Assembly (NCBI RefSeq): GCF_000281045.1
Contig: NW_008246078.1
Span: 272,191 to 336,190, forward strand
Reading direction: 5' to 3'
Length of the DNA: 64,000 nucleotides
From: Saprolegnia diclina VS20
Lineage: Eukaryota
The stretch's first letter is position 1, and each line of letters begins with the position of its first letter. The notes below the pieces were generated by a model that saw only the letters and a list, made by a program, of their open reading frames with translations, was not told where the DNA came from and searched no databases. A program made the translations under genes and the position numbers. Shown here piece by piece: positions 21,795-34,082 of this stretch.

Positions 21795-23008
21795 CTACTC
21801 AACCAGCGAAAACGACGCATTCAACGTGGCCTGGTCGAGCCCTGGAACGTCGACGGCGCTGCGTATCGGCGCGGCAAAGAAGCGCCAGAGCTTGATGTCA
21901 AACGCGTACATGGTCGACTCGAGCTTGAACGTGAGAATGCCGTTGAGTGCCGCAGACGCCCGGTCCAGATAGTAGACGCCGTGGACGATGCGACCTGTGT
22001 GGTTGAAATGGTACCGCGCGCCGAGCGAGAGCAAGAGCGAGTGCACGGGGCTTGACGGTTTTGGGCCCACCACCCGCTTGGCGATCGAGTAGCTCACAAT
22101 GTGGCACGTCCCCATGAGGAGGAGGAGTGTTCCAAAGCGGTTCATGTCGCCTATCGCAATGTCGGCGCTCTCGCAGACGACGGTAAAGTCCATTGCCGCG
22201 TGGACGCACTGTGGAGCGACGTGCAGTGCAACCGCGACGGGCGACGCGCCCGAGAGGATCGCGACCACGACGCACACCAGTAGCAGATTCGGAAACACAA
22301 AGTACGCTGCGTACTCTTGCGTCGCGACGAGCAAAATGTCGTCGACGACCGCGACGAACCACGAGACCTCCCACGCCGCGAGAAGCACCTTGTACCACGG
22401 CGCGGGCTCGACTTGAAAGAAGCTGAGGTAGCCCGAGAAGCGCAGGTCGACGCCACTCGTGCAGAGAAGGCAGATGGCCGTCGCACTCCGGAGAAAGAGC
22501 AGCGGTCGGCCGACCCAGACAAGACCACCGACGCGGTTGAGCTTGAAGAGGTTGCCGCCTTGAAAGCACGTGGGAGCTCGGAGCATGTAGCCAACGGCGA
22601 CGGCCGAGACGAGAAGCATCATGCACGTGACGTATTGGACGCCAGCCCGAAAGTACAAGACGAGGTTCGCTGCGAGATTCGACGCCTGGACCTGCTGTGC
22701 GAGTGGGAGTTGGTAGTCGCTCAAGAGATTGAGACGACCTACATCGCCTTGGAAAGAAATGACTTCGCGCCGACCGAGCACCCAGTCGTAGAGGTACGTC
22801 CAGCCGTAAAAGTGAAACCCGGGGTCAGCGGGGTCCAGAACGTTGGTGTGGAGCAGCTGCAGCGATCCGTTGACCTTGGCGTACAGCATAAACTCAATGT
22901 TGAGCGCTTGGACGAGCGCGTGCGTGGACGCAAGCGGGAGTGCCTGGGACGCTGGCATGTAGGCTTGCACAAAGGCGAGGGCCTGCCGGAGCGTGAGGAG
23001 GCACGACG
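21795..23008 (-). CDS. Partial (3' part) paralog of the 1749-aa membrane protein, truncated by an assembly gap
   Basis: GWTYLYDWVLGRREVISFQGD, NRVGGLVWVGRPLLFLRS and YLDRASAALNG..YAFDIKLWR match the second module of 16301-21550. Confidence 0.85.
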
Positions 23009-23108
23009 NNNNNNNNNNNNNNNNNNNNNNNNNNNNNNNNNNNNNNNNNNNNNNNNNNNNNNNNNNNNNNNNNNNNNNNNNNNNNNNNNNNNNNNNNNNN
23101 NNNNNNNN
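23009..23108. other. Assembly gap (100 N)
   Basis: Run of n. Confidence 0.99.
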
Positions 23109-23642
23109 GTCGCGACGCAAGAGTACGCAGCGTACTTTGTGTTTCCGAATCTGCTACTGGTGTGCGTCGTGGTCGCGATCCTCTCGGGCGCGTCGCCCGT
23201 CGCGGTTGCACTGCACGTCGCTCCACAGTGCGTCCACGCGGCAATGGACTTTACCGTCGTCTGCGAGAGCGCCGACATTGCGATAGGCGACATGAACCGC
23301 TTCGGAACACTCCTCCTCCTCATGGCGACGTGCCACATTGTGAGCTACTCGATCGCCAAGCGGGTGGTGGGCCCAAAACCGTCAAGCTCCGTGCACTCGC
23401 TCTTGCTCTCGCTCGGCGCGCGGTACCATTTCAACCACACAGGTCGCATCGTCCACGGCGTCTACTATCTGGACCGGGCGTCTGCGGCACTCAACGGCAT
23501 TCTCACGTTCAAGCTCGAGTCGACCATGTACGCGTTTGACATCAAGCTCTGGCGCTTCTTTGCCGCGCCGATACGCAGCGCCGTCGACGTTCCAGGGCTC
23601 GACCAGGCCACGTTGAATGCGTCGTTTCCGCTGATTGAGTAG
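23109..23642 (+). CDS. Partial 3' end of another near-identical copy of the same membrane-protein paralog
   Basis: Reverse complement of 21795-22328 with few substitutions (MAT/MGT, SSSV/SSPV, PLIE/SLVE). Confidence 0.75.
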   Translation, partial: VATQEYAAYFVFPNLLLVCVVVAILSGASPVAVALHVAPQCVHAAMDFTVVCESADIAIGDMNRFGTLLLLMATCHIVSYSIAKRVVGPKPSSSVHSLLLSLGARYHFNHTGRIVHGVYYLDRASAALNGILTFKLESTMYAFDIKLWRFFAAPIRSAVDVPGLDQATLNASFPLIE

Positions 23643-23841
23643 AGCGGATTTGTCCAAATCCTTGGATATCATTGAGACGTCACCCGAGATGCTTGGGCAG
23701 TTGAAGTGCTCGATCGTTATTCATTGTAGTATGCAACAGGACTGCTTGTCGAGACTGCTTGCAGAGGACGGATGAACAACGGGGACGCTTTTACGATGGC
23801 TTGATGAGGGCGTGACGAGGTTACGCAAGTATTGCGCCGGG

Positions 23842-24531
23842 TCAAAGCGCTGCGGCTGGTGCACTCGCATTTGGAGCTGGGGTCGCTGGCACTTTGGCCA
23901 CGTCGGAGCGTGGATGCCATGCGGCGATGGGTGGGCACGCGGCGCAGCCTTGGCAGCACGCATTGCACACGGGACCGATTTGGCTCTGGGGAATTAGAAT
24001 CAGGTCGGCGGTGAGCTTGGTCGTCTTCATGTCGAGGAATTCGCGGAACGACTGGTGCTCGTCGGCTGTCTAGTAGGCTTGACACAAAATTGCTACAAGG
24101 CAAAGACGTGGATACTGGAATGATCGTGGGCACAAGGTCGTCTTCGTGGGCGTAGTACCCGAGCCAGTACGTCTGCAGCGCCTTCACCGGCCATTGGTGC
24201 GGGTTTGCGCCTGATGTCATGAGGAAGAGGGCTTCTTGGTACATGATGTGCCGCCTATGTCCGGATTACTCAAAACTACAAACGATCCGCGCGTACCGGA
24301 GGACACTGCCGTCTTGCTGAAGTTCGATGCGAGGCCGCACCGACTGGAAGGTCAAGTCTTCGTCGTCCTCGACGACCACCATACCAATGACCGAGCTCAG
24401 ACCGCCCTACGCCGCGTCAACCGCCGATCCACGCGACGAACGCGTACCGGGCGGCTCCCAACAACATACGAGTGCTCGACAAGCGGGTCAACGGGAAACA
24501 GGAAGACGCGCACCTTGATGCGCACAACCAT
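23842..24531 (-). CDS. Hypothetical 4-exon protein with C-terminal CxxCCxxCxxC motif; exons 24531-24448, 24406-24297, 24254-24116, 24069-23842
   Basis: Three canonical introns (41, 42, 46 nt) link the frames: MVVRIKVRVFLFP..|GGLSSVIGMVVVEDDEDLTF..|RHIMYQEALF..|TADEHQSFREFLDM..IGPVCNACCQGCAACPP. Confidence 0.72.
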
Positions 24532-24765
24532 GGCGACGGTTCGACAAGATTTGCGATCTTTTTGCACCTGGCCTCTCTGCACCAACCTGCTTGCAAGGTT
24601 CGGTATCCAGGGGCCTGCTGGCATGATTGTGGAGACAGACTCGACGCTGCCAAGATCCATGGGCACTACAGCGAGTGTGCCGAGTGCTACAGAGCTTGCC
24701 TCGGTGCCCAGAAAAGCAAGACGACGATAGAATCAAAATTGGGATGGATGAACACGCTACGCCGC

Positions 24766-25209
24766 CTATGCGCTTTGCTGCTCGCCGATGCGGATCTTGA
24801 GCTGCATGACCTGGATGACGGCCTCGAGGTTCGTGCGCTTGGCCTCGATCACTTCCTTGAGCGAGTCAGTGTTCTGTTGCAAAAACGCAACCTTGCGGTC
24901 CATAAAGCTCTTGGCGTCGTCCACGTTCTTCTCGACAAAGTAGCCAGTGCCAACGTCAACAAGCACGCTCTTGACGTTGCTGAGCTTCCCGGGCACAAAC
25001 ATGGACGACGTCAGCGGCACGAGCACCTTCTTGCCGAGGTTCGTGGGCTCGAGTGCCTGGAGCGCGCCCTTGGAGTCGGCAAAGCGCGTCTGCGCCTCGC
25101 GCAAGCCCGAGAAGGACGACGTGAGCTGCTGCAGCTCTTGTTCGAACTGCGTCTTGAGGTTGTTGAGCTGCTCGAGGCTCAGATCCATCAAGCTCACTTC
25201 ATTCGACAT
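24766..25209 (-). CDS. PFDN5: Prefoldin subunit 5 (alpha class)
   Basis: LSLEQL..LVPLTSSMFVPGKL..VLVDVGTGYFVEK. Confidence 0.95.
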   Translation of the reverse strand: MSNEVSLMDLSLEQLNNLKTQFEQELQQLTSSFSGLREAQTRFADSKGALQALEPTNLGKKVLVPLTSSMFVPGKLSNVKSVLVDVGTGYFVEKNVDDAKSFMDRKVAFLQQNTDSLKEVIEAKRTNLEAVIQVMQLKIRIGEQQSA

Positions 25210-25578
25210 CGTCGCGACCACGGAAACTCAAAATGGTCGTGCGCCTGGCACCGTATCCGGAGTGGCAGCGTATTCGGACAATTGTGTTTAAAACATGTAG
25301 TTAACCTGTTTTGTATCCCGCGATGGCGTCTCTCCAAGATCCAATCGCGCGGTCGACGGCCAGGGCGTCCCGAGACCAAGCACTAGATAATAGCACCAAG
25401 TAAAACGACTCTACATAGCGTAGGTACGCGTCCATATACGCAAACAGGGGTACCCAAAGGCGACTCACGTGGCACCCGGCTATTGTGCACTCGCATTGTT
25501 TTATACACTTGATGCTCAAAGTGTTTAGAACAAATAAAAACATCGTTACCAGCAGCCTCATTTTCGACTTCTGCCACG

Positions 25579-25908
25579 ATGGACCCGTCGTCAGCGCCCG
25601 GCACCGAGTTCTTCTCGATGGAGAACATGGCCAAGAACGAGGCCGTCGTCGAGTTCACGCACACGGCCATGTCGGTCGTCTCGGGCAGCCTCGCCGGCGT
25701 CATGGGCCTCACGGGTCTCCAGGGCTTTGGCTGCATGATCCTGCTCTACCTCGCGACGTCCGGCGCGCTCCTCACCAAGATGGGCGCCGACTGCGCGCCG
25801 TACTTCAACATGAACGTCGTCAGCTTCCTCTTCTATGGCATTGGCGGCCACCTCGTCTCGTTCATCCTCTTCTGGACCCTGGCGTATGGCCTCGTTCACA
25901 TTTACTAG
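25579..25908 (+). CDS. EMC6: ER membrane protein complex subunit 6
   Basis: N...N...V......GSLAGVMGLTGLQGF..SFILFWTLAYGLVHIY C-terminus; Inr/FPR CTCATTTTCGACTTCT at 25557. Confidence 0.93.
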   Translation: MDPSSAPGTEFFSMENMAKNEAVVEFTHTAMSVVSGSLAGVMGLTGLQGFGCMILLYLATSGALLTKMGADCAPYFNMNVVSFLFYGIGGHLVSFILFWTLAYGLVHIY

Positions 25909-27406
25909 ACGCGCCGCCCGTAACGTTAACTTGCTTTCTTGCCCTGTCTTGTGCACGCGCCGTCCACCACAACACACTGCACGACGCACACGATACGTAG
26001 CGTCGGCGAGCCTATGCGCGAGGCAGCCGCGACACGACGTAGCCGTGCACAGCGCTCCGAGAATGGCCTGCGCCTGCACGGTCGCATCATTGCTCGTAAT
26101 CCAAGCCGCTGGATTGCTTGCTGGATGACCTGCTGAATTCTAGCACAAACATGCTCGTTCGATGTTTGGACTAGACCGGTACACTGACCGTCTGAGCCGA
26201 ACGACGCGCGGCGAGGTTGACGCGAGGCTGAAGCCGGAGGAGTGAATCTGTCTACAACGTCGGGAGTCGTCGTCACGAACAAGAGAATGACAAAAATCAA
26301 TTCGACAGACACCGTGTACGTGAACACGCCGCGACGAGGATGCAACGTGGTGGGAACAAGCCAGGAACAAGCCGCGCCGTCATTGTTGAAGCGAGTCAAC
26401 TAGCGTCCTGAGGCGGTCTGGTGGTGACGGTGGGGCGGTTGCATGTAGCTACTGGGCGCCATCAAGAAGGCGAGGCTTCCGATGGCGCAGGCCAGCATCA
26501 AGTACAAGCGTCTTTGGATTCATTCGCCCACGTCGCTTGGGTGTACTGTACGCGGCCGTCTCGGGCAGGACTACAACGATGTAGCACCGATCCATGGAAC
26601 CGACTGAGAACGCAGGATGGTGCAGCGCTGGCTGCCAGTGCTAGGTACGTCACTACATATTTGCGGATCATGTTCGTACTACTAGCGGACAAAAGCAGCT
26701 CGCGTGTACGAGTCGATACGACCCGATGAGACGAAGATTATGGTGCGATCTCCCTACATCTCCTTTCTCTCTAGAGGCGCCATCTGTGTTTGTCAACGAC
26801 GTACACCTGACGTGGCTGCACGCTAGGTCCGTAGCTGGGTTCCTAGACTCATCATTGCGATTGGTCTACGCCCAGTGACCTTAATCTTTTGCTGGCTGTG
26901 GACGAGGCGATCACGCGGCCGAATGCAGGATAACGGGCTGCGCCGTCGCTGTCCCCGATGGCTGCTTCGTGACCAACTCGTTGCTTCGTCCAAATATACC
27001 ACGGTGCGCGGGGTCGCTTGCTCGTGCATCCGCTCACCAAGATTCACATCAGCAAACACCGCCTCGCCCTATTACTGTATACACTCGTGAGCAATACTAT
27101 ACTAAATTGGACATAATCGCTCCATCGAAGCTCGAAGCTCGGGATGGCACTGTGGATCGCCGCTTGGGCCAAGAGTGGGGACTTTTGGCGGCGACGATCA
27201 TCTCATCCAAGAGGCAAACAGCAGATGCCAACTCACGCCTGATGTTGACGTAAGGCCACCGACGTCGGAAGGTCGAGCGCCAACCGTTCGCACCAGCCGA
27301 TTCGGCGGCACCAGGCGGCAACCATCCGCCAAAACGTCTGCTGCGGCGCGTCACGAACCCAACTTGCGCGTGACGTGGCACGGACACAGTTGTAATTTTC
27401 GCACCG

Positions 27407-27754
27407 ATGCACCAAGTGCGGACGGGAACGTGGACGTCGGAGGAGCACGAGCTCTTCCTCGTGGGCATTCAGAGGTACCCGAAAGGACCGTGGCGCAAGG
27501 TCGCTGAGCTCATTCGGACGCGGTCGGTCCGGCAGACACAGACGCACGGGCACAAGTTTCGCCTCAAGCTCGCACGCATCGAGGCCCAGCGCTGGGTCGG
27601 CGGCTTCCGATACCCCGTCCACCCGACGACCGCGCCCCTCATTCTCCCCGACGAGCTGCCGCCGCTGGCCCACGCCCTTGACTTTCTCCTCGAGCAGCTC
27701 ATCGAATCCGACGACGACGACCGACCACAACCCGCCATGGTTGCCTCTTCCTAA
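27407..27754 (+). CDS. Single-repeat Myb-like (SHAQKYF-class) transcription factor 1
   Basis: GTWTSEEHELFLVGIQRYPKGPWRKVAELIRTRSVRQTQTHGHKF. Confidence 0.9.
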   Translation: MHQVRTGTWTSEEHELFLVGIQRYPKGPWRKVAELIRTRSVRQTQTHGHKFRLKLARIEAQRWVGGFRYPVHPTTAPLILPDELPPLAHALDFLLEQLIESDDDDRPQPAMVASS

Positions 27755-29738
27755 TACAACTAGATCTAGTACCTCCTTGTCTGTCGTTTGTGGGTCTGTG
27801 TACGTGTCGAGTCGAGCCGTCCTTGGTCGGCAGCGTGCCGAGGCGTTCGACTGCTGGTACGATACCAAGGTGCGCGTTTCTACGCCAGAACTGAAACATG
27901 TCATGCCGTCTTCACGGCGCCGCCTGTCGTCGATGCCACGGGATGTGCTGCTGCAGATTACTGTACGAGGCGCAACTACCACTAGTATGCACGAAGCGCG
28001 TCCGCTGGGCGCTGATTGGTGGGCCAAAGACACGAGTCGTGTGTGCTGTTACCAATCTGCCGCTCCGCAAATCTTCCATTTACTGCGCTTTGGTTTCGTC
28101 GAGGAGGAAGACGACCGTGTGCAATAGTCCATTGCCTCGTTGTAGTGGCGCCCGTGACGACCGTCCCACACATGACGACGGACGCGGCGCGTCACGACCA
28201 TGAAATTCATCGTGTCCGTTGTATGCGTACTCCTTGATCGTGGACGCTGATGACCTGGCCAGTGCAACAATGATGGCCCGATGGATTTTCGATCAACTCG
28301 ACGAGTCGCATCACGGCCGCAACAAAACGCAGACCCTTTCTAGAGCTTAAAAGCCGCGCATCGTCCACGGTGTCGTCCCTTTCACGCGACACTTGAATGA
28401 GAAACTGGCATACCATGTACTGGCACTAGAGAAGAGAGGGAGTGCGAGAATCGATTGCATCAAATATGGAACGTGCGTGCGCGGTTGACGACAACATGAC
28501 GCAACTTGGGCTATCTCAGCGCGAGACAATTTCTGCGGTCGATCGCGCTTGTGCTTTGTTTACATTGGCATCCCGCCAAGGTGATTTATGCCAGTCCCAC
28601 CCCCAGTTGACGCACACTATTTATAGCATTCCACGTGGCACCGTGAGCGACCAGCACAGAGAAACAGATGTTGCAGTGGACGCACACCCCTCGTTCGTAC
28701 CACAACAATGAAGAGGACGCGTTCGTCATGTGCAGGCCGCCAGTTCAATGCTTCTTACGATATATTAAAGTGCACGTGCGTATTTACCCGACTCTAGTTT
28801 AACTCGTGTCGTGGGCGCTGATTATGGCACAGAGGACGACGCTACGGTCCTGTGATGCGTCGTGATTTGTACCCACGTTATATTCCTGCTGGCGGCGACA
28901 GAGTGCCAACCACAGACGTTGCCAACGCTTCGTTTTTATAGCAAAACACTCGGCGACATCATCTGCGCGTCGGCCAAGAACATAAGTGAACACCTCCATC
29001 GTATCCGGAGAGTTCGGTCGAGAGACCAGTCGCCAAGGTCCTAGGATTCGACGTCGCGTGCGACCGGTGCAATTGTTGTTGTGTTGGACGTCCGCTTTCT
29101 TCTTCCGAAGACGCGACAGACCACATCAAATGGTAAACATAACAAAATCGAAAAATAAATTATCTTTTCCTAGCACAATGGACGCTTCTTCTGCGTCATG
29201 GTCGTCGTCGCAAACCATCTAAAGTTCGGTGCGCGTCTGATCGGCGTGCGCTGACTTGTACGACCAAAGACACTGCGTCGACCAAGCTCTCGTCTTCATT
29301 GCGTGCGATAGACCAGGGTGTGGTATCCATTGGCCCCTTGCCGCGTGGCACGATGCCTTGGCCAACGCCAGTCCGTCGCGCACTACTAACGCTAGTCGCT
29401 CGCGTTCTCGATTCCCAGATGTATGCAACACAGAAATGGTTTAAACGCGTTTAACATGGCTGGGAAGCATATCGTCGGGCATTGGATCGAGTACGTAATA
29501 GTGTTGCCTGGATTTGATCTCGGCCGATCAATGTGAGATTGCACACACCTGCACCGCCTTTTTCGGTTGCAAGCACCATTCACACAGTGTGCTGCATATC
29601 CCTTGGTTGTCCGCCGTGGCCAAATCAGGGACGGAGGCCACGTACTTTAACGCGTGCCACTCCTGCCGAGAGAGTGGGCGCGTCTCGTATTGCTGCTGTT
29701 GGACTCCATTTAGAAAAACACGAAGGCCCCGTTGCATC

Positions 29739-30149
29739 ATGGAGCCCGCGTCCGGCAGTTGGTCGCGCGACGAGCACGAGCGCTTCCTCGTGGCCATACA
29801 AAAGTACCCTCGTGGGCCGTGGAAGAAGGTGGCCGACCTCGTCGGCACGCGAACCGTGCGCCAGACGCAAACACACGCACAAAAGTTCCGTGAGAAGCTC
29901 ATGCGCCACGAGCGTGCCGCCCTTGCAACCGCGGCAACACCCGCCCTCGACGAAGCGGCACTCGCGCCACTGCCGTACGACGCAAGCAGCACCGGCCTCG
30001 TACGAGTACTCGGGACCAGCCCGCGAGACGACTTGATGCCGCCCACGACGATAATGGACGTTGCGTCGCTGCCGTCACTGGCCGAGTCGATTGATTTCTT
30101 GATGAGCGTCATTGCTAAGGTTGACAACGCGCCGTCACCAGCCGCGTAA
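29739..30149 (+). CDS. Single-repeat Myb-like (SHAQKYF-class) transcription factor 2
   Basis: GSWSRDEHERFLVAIQKYPRGPWKKVADLVGTRTVRQTQTHAQKF. Confidence 0.92.
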   Translation: MEPASGSWSRDEHERFLVAIQKYPRGPWKKVADLVGTRTVRQTQTHAQKFREKLMRHERAALATAATPALDEAALAPLPYDASSTGLVRVLGTSPRDDLMPPTTIMDVASLPSLAESIDFLMSVIAKVDNAPSPAA

Positions 30150-31391
30150 TTTAGATGTGTTAAATCTTTTACGAGTTGGGTTGATGACACATTGGACACT
30201 CTTAGCGTACGAAGAAAACGCCGAACTGAAGAAGAGGCGTTGCCACATCGGCACCAGCGATTGCACTGTCTACTGCAGACTGTGGTAGCGTCAGGGGTAG
30301 CGTCGTCATCGAGAGCATATAGGTCCGCTCCAACGGCTTCCTTTTTGCAGCTTGGAATCTGTCGACTCGCGGACGACATGCTCTTTGCATGACGGCTATC
30401 GGACACCACCAACGACCTCGTGGCCACAGGTGACATACCCATTAGCGTTGGTTTAGGTAAATGGGTTGAAGAAGAGACTCATAGGACTACGATGCAAGTC
30501 GACTGACTGTCCCTGATTTTTCCGACTGTCTTTGCGAGGGCGGCCGTTCCGCCACTTACAAAGAACGATGGAATGTCCTCCAACAACGATGTGACGGCTG
30601 GCGCGTCCGGAGCGATCGCGTCTTTCGCGCCGACCGACCACTACCAAGTCCATGGACGATTGTTGTGAAAGCGGCGCGTGTCGCCTAACTGCACTTGCAC
30701 CACGGCCTCGTTCAAGAGCCCTAGCAGCCCCGGCTCCTCGCCCAACATAAGTGGTCACGTCAGCACGTTTTCACGCAGATCGCGCTCCTTCCTCTGTCTG
30801 CCTGGATGACGTTCCTCGACCGAGTGTGCACAACAAACAAAGTCCGACTTTTTAATTTAGCGTAGCTACATCTACTTTAATAGACAACCCACTTCAACAA
30901 CAACGTTGTCACGGCGCAGTCCCATGGCTGCTGTGTGCAGCACGGACGCAGAATGGCTTGCCGAGCTCGGGAGCCCCAACGACCAACGCATGGACTGTCT
31001 GTGCGACGATAGCTACAGCCAAGGCTACTCGACGGAGTATACGAACGCGACCAGTCTTCTTTGAAGGCAACACGGCGCGTCGACTGCAGACCAGATTCTC
31101 AGGACAGCGCTTCGTCATATTTGGACGTTGTATTGCCTGCAAATTCACACTATTTCTATGCCAGAGCATCGACACACTAACAGTAAATGCAGCCTAAACG
31201 AGTCGGACCGGCGGGAGCGTCCACCGAGGTCACCTTGGCTCGTGTCGTTTATCGCAGCGCGCCCATCCGCAGCCGAGAAGAGCTACCCAGAAGTCTTGTC
31301 GCTCCGTTCTGGGATCTCCATAAGATCTTGTATTGTTAGTGCTCGTTGGGATCTGTATCAGATCGAGTACTTAGAGCGCACTCTGGGACTC

Positions 31392-31457
31392 TATCAGATT
31401 TATGGGTAGTTCTTATTGTACTCGTATCAGATTTATGGGCAGTTCTTATTGTACTCG
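31392..31457. repeat. 33-bp tandem duplication (2 copies, 1 mismatch)
   Basis: TATCAGATTTATGGG(T/C)AGTTCTTATTGTACTCG x2. Confidence 0.9.
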
Positions 31458-33665
31458 CCTCCTCTCATACTAGATTGCTTCAGAGCTGCGGCTCTTCTCC
31501 CATGCGTCGACACTAGAGCCTCGAATGCCGGTAGACGCCGCACACTGGTGTAGCCCTACGCATGGCAGCAAAAGATGGAGCAATCACACACAACAGCCTA
31601 GAGCTTCTTACGGCGAACTCTTCCCATCGAACCCAGGATCGTCGACGCATGTTTGTCGGCTCAAAAAAAAAGAATCTTTGCAGTGACGCGCCTAGCACGG
31701 ACGCTTGGCGTTTCAAGTCTGTTCAATTCAAGGTCGCACCTCTTTCCGCTGGATGAGTATCCCAACAAAGCGCAAACACAACACGGCGTATTGTCTCACT
31801 CGACACATCATCTGCGGGGATATATCGACCCAGAGATACCGACCGCGGACTGCTTTTATAAAAAGGCACCATCACTCGGCGGTTTAGCCAGGATCGAACG
31901 AAAGACGCATAGCGGTGCTGTCCAGTCTATAAAGACGCCAAATCGCTCCACGTAGTCCGCATCTCCAATGCCCTTGCACAATCAACGCCAACTAGGGGTC
32001 GTTTAGGATGTCCATCGACGCTTACGCACGCGGGCAAGACGACGGTATCTCGCACGTTTTTGGTGGCGATCCACTCAACTTCAACGTCGCTGCGATCACC
32101 GCCATCTGTTGCACCATCTGTCCGCGCGGGACCAGAAGGTCCACCAAAACGATGACTCACTTCTTTTCAATTTGAATCGTAAAGACTGGGCACCGTACCC
32201 AGTACATGGATGACGCATCATTGACGGCAATGGTCGCGCAGGAGACACATTAGGTCTCACGTGCCCAATACTAGAGCAAAGAGGAATATCCCCGTGCCTT
32301 ATTCACGGCGATCGATAGCCGTATCTCAAAAACTATACCAATATGGGCTATAGAACGAGGACCATGAAATAACTGGACAACGGGTAGCTTTGATTGGACC
32401 CATTCGAAGGCACGAGGAGCCAAAACATTGGTGGTTACGACTCGCGTTCCTGCCAGGACTTCGAAAAGACAGGCTTCCTTGTGACAAGCAGCGACAGCCT
32501 CGAGCCTACTAACCGTTGGTACCGTGAGGCGCAGGTGGGCATGGATACAGGGTGGGTAAATGCCATTGTTACCCTGTCGCTGCATCTTGTATGTATGAGG
32601 CGCACATCACGCGACGACAGACACAATGGGCCAGGAATAAACCACCCGCACGATCAACGGCGCGCACCGGCCTCAAATTTGGATTAAGCACCGCTATACT
32701 GCGTATACAGGCCCACCAAAGATTCAAAGCACATCCCTCCATCATTGTACAAGTTGGTGGGTGGCCAGAGGCCCGGTGCTGCCAATGACGTCCGTAGCAT
32801 CAACCGCGATTCGACCGTCCACTTTAAGGAATTGAAGTGGCCCTTTCTAGAAGCGTGATGCCGTCACTTTGGCGTCGGTCCGCACCTGCGATTACACGAG
32901 CAGATGTTTGTCACCATATGAGTTTACGCATCGTATGGCCTGGTCGCTGGGAGAGGATTTGGCTTCGTGTTCTGTTTGGCAAATGCGGTTTTGAATCTCG
33001 TGTTTCGTGTTGAGTACACTTTGCGAACAATCGACTGCACCGGCATGGGCAGGTGCGAGACGTTGCTTTCACGGCTGCCATGCTCGTACTATTTCTGAGA
33101 AACAAATAGATGCTGCCACTGCATTCGATTGTATGTGGCACCATGACCGAGCGGTCGCGCTACGTAGTGTCGATCTGAGCTACTCGACTCAGGCAGCGAC
33201 CTTCGCGTACATGTATGTCGTTCAAGATATATGCGCGTCGACTGCTCTGCCTAATGAAGTCGACAAACGGCCATCGAGATGAGGCTCGTGCGCGTTTCGC
33301 TGTCGCAGACCGTCATAGCAGCTGCTACTAGCGGGGGGATCATCCTAAAGTTCCAACACGGACGCATTTTGCGGACCATACTCGCTTCTACGAGCGAAAC
33401 GAACATGAGGCAGATGGTGCATCGCGAAACTGAGCAGTTTGCCGCTTGGTGCACAGTGGACTGTCGAGTACCGTGTTTTGATACTAATCGAGACACGGCT
33501 GCAGAAGTTAGAGGGTGGCACGAGATGAACCAAGAGTGGGATGGTTGGTGGTCGCCACCGAGCGCATGAGACACATACGGCCTTGACTGTGGTATGATAC
33601 AGCCCTGGCGTCGTTCGACATGACCCAATTTAGGTCACTGGAGCACCCTCACTTTGCTTTTGACC

Positions 33666-34082
33666 ATGTTGCAGACAACCCCCGAGCACCACCATCGCAA
33701 CGACGATGCGAGCAGCAACGGCGGCAAGTGGTCCCGCGAAGAACACGAGCGGTTCCTTGTCGGCATCCAAATGTATCCCCATGGGCCGTGGAAGAAGGTC
33801 GCGGCCATCGTCCAGACCCGCACGACGCGCCAGACGCAAACACACGCGCAAAAATTTCGGCAAAAGCTCGACCGCCAGGACCGCGCGCTGCGCACCAACC
33901 AAGCGTTTGAGAACCGCGACGTGTACCTTCCGTTCCCGTTCTCGCCTGAGGCGCCGGCGGCGTGTTCGCTGTCGCCGACACTCGACGAGCTCTGCTGGCG
34001 GGTACCGACGCCCCTCCCGCCGCTCGCCGAGGCCCTCGACACGCTCATTGCACTCCTCGATATGGATGTCCACGCAGTGTAG
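33666..34082 (+). CDS. Single-repeat Myb-like (SHAQKYF-class) transcription factor 3
   Basis: GKWSREEHERFLVGIQMYPHGPWKKVAAIVQTRTTRQTQTHAQKF. Confidence 0.92.
   Translation: MLQTTPEHHHRNDDASSNGGKWSREEHERFLVGIQMYPHGPWKKVAAIVQTRTTRQTQTHAQKFRQKLDRQDRALRTNQAFENRDVYLPFPFSPEAPAACSLSPTLDELCWRVPTPLPPLAEALDTLIALLDMDVHAV

Noticed and set aside
31392..31457. Repeat of CRISPR-like length
   Set aside because: Only two adjacent copies, no spacers, no cas genes, eukaryotic genome
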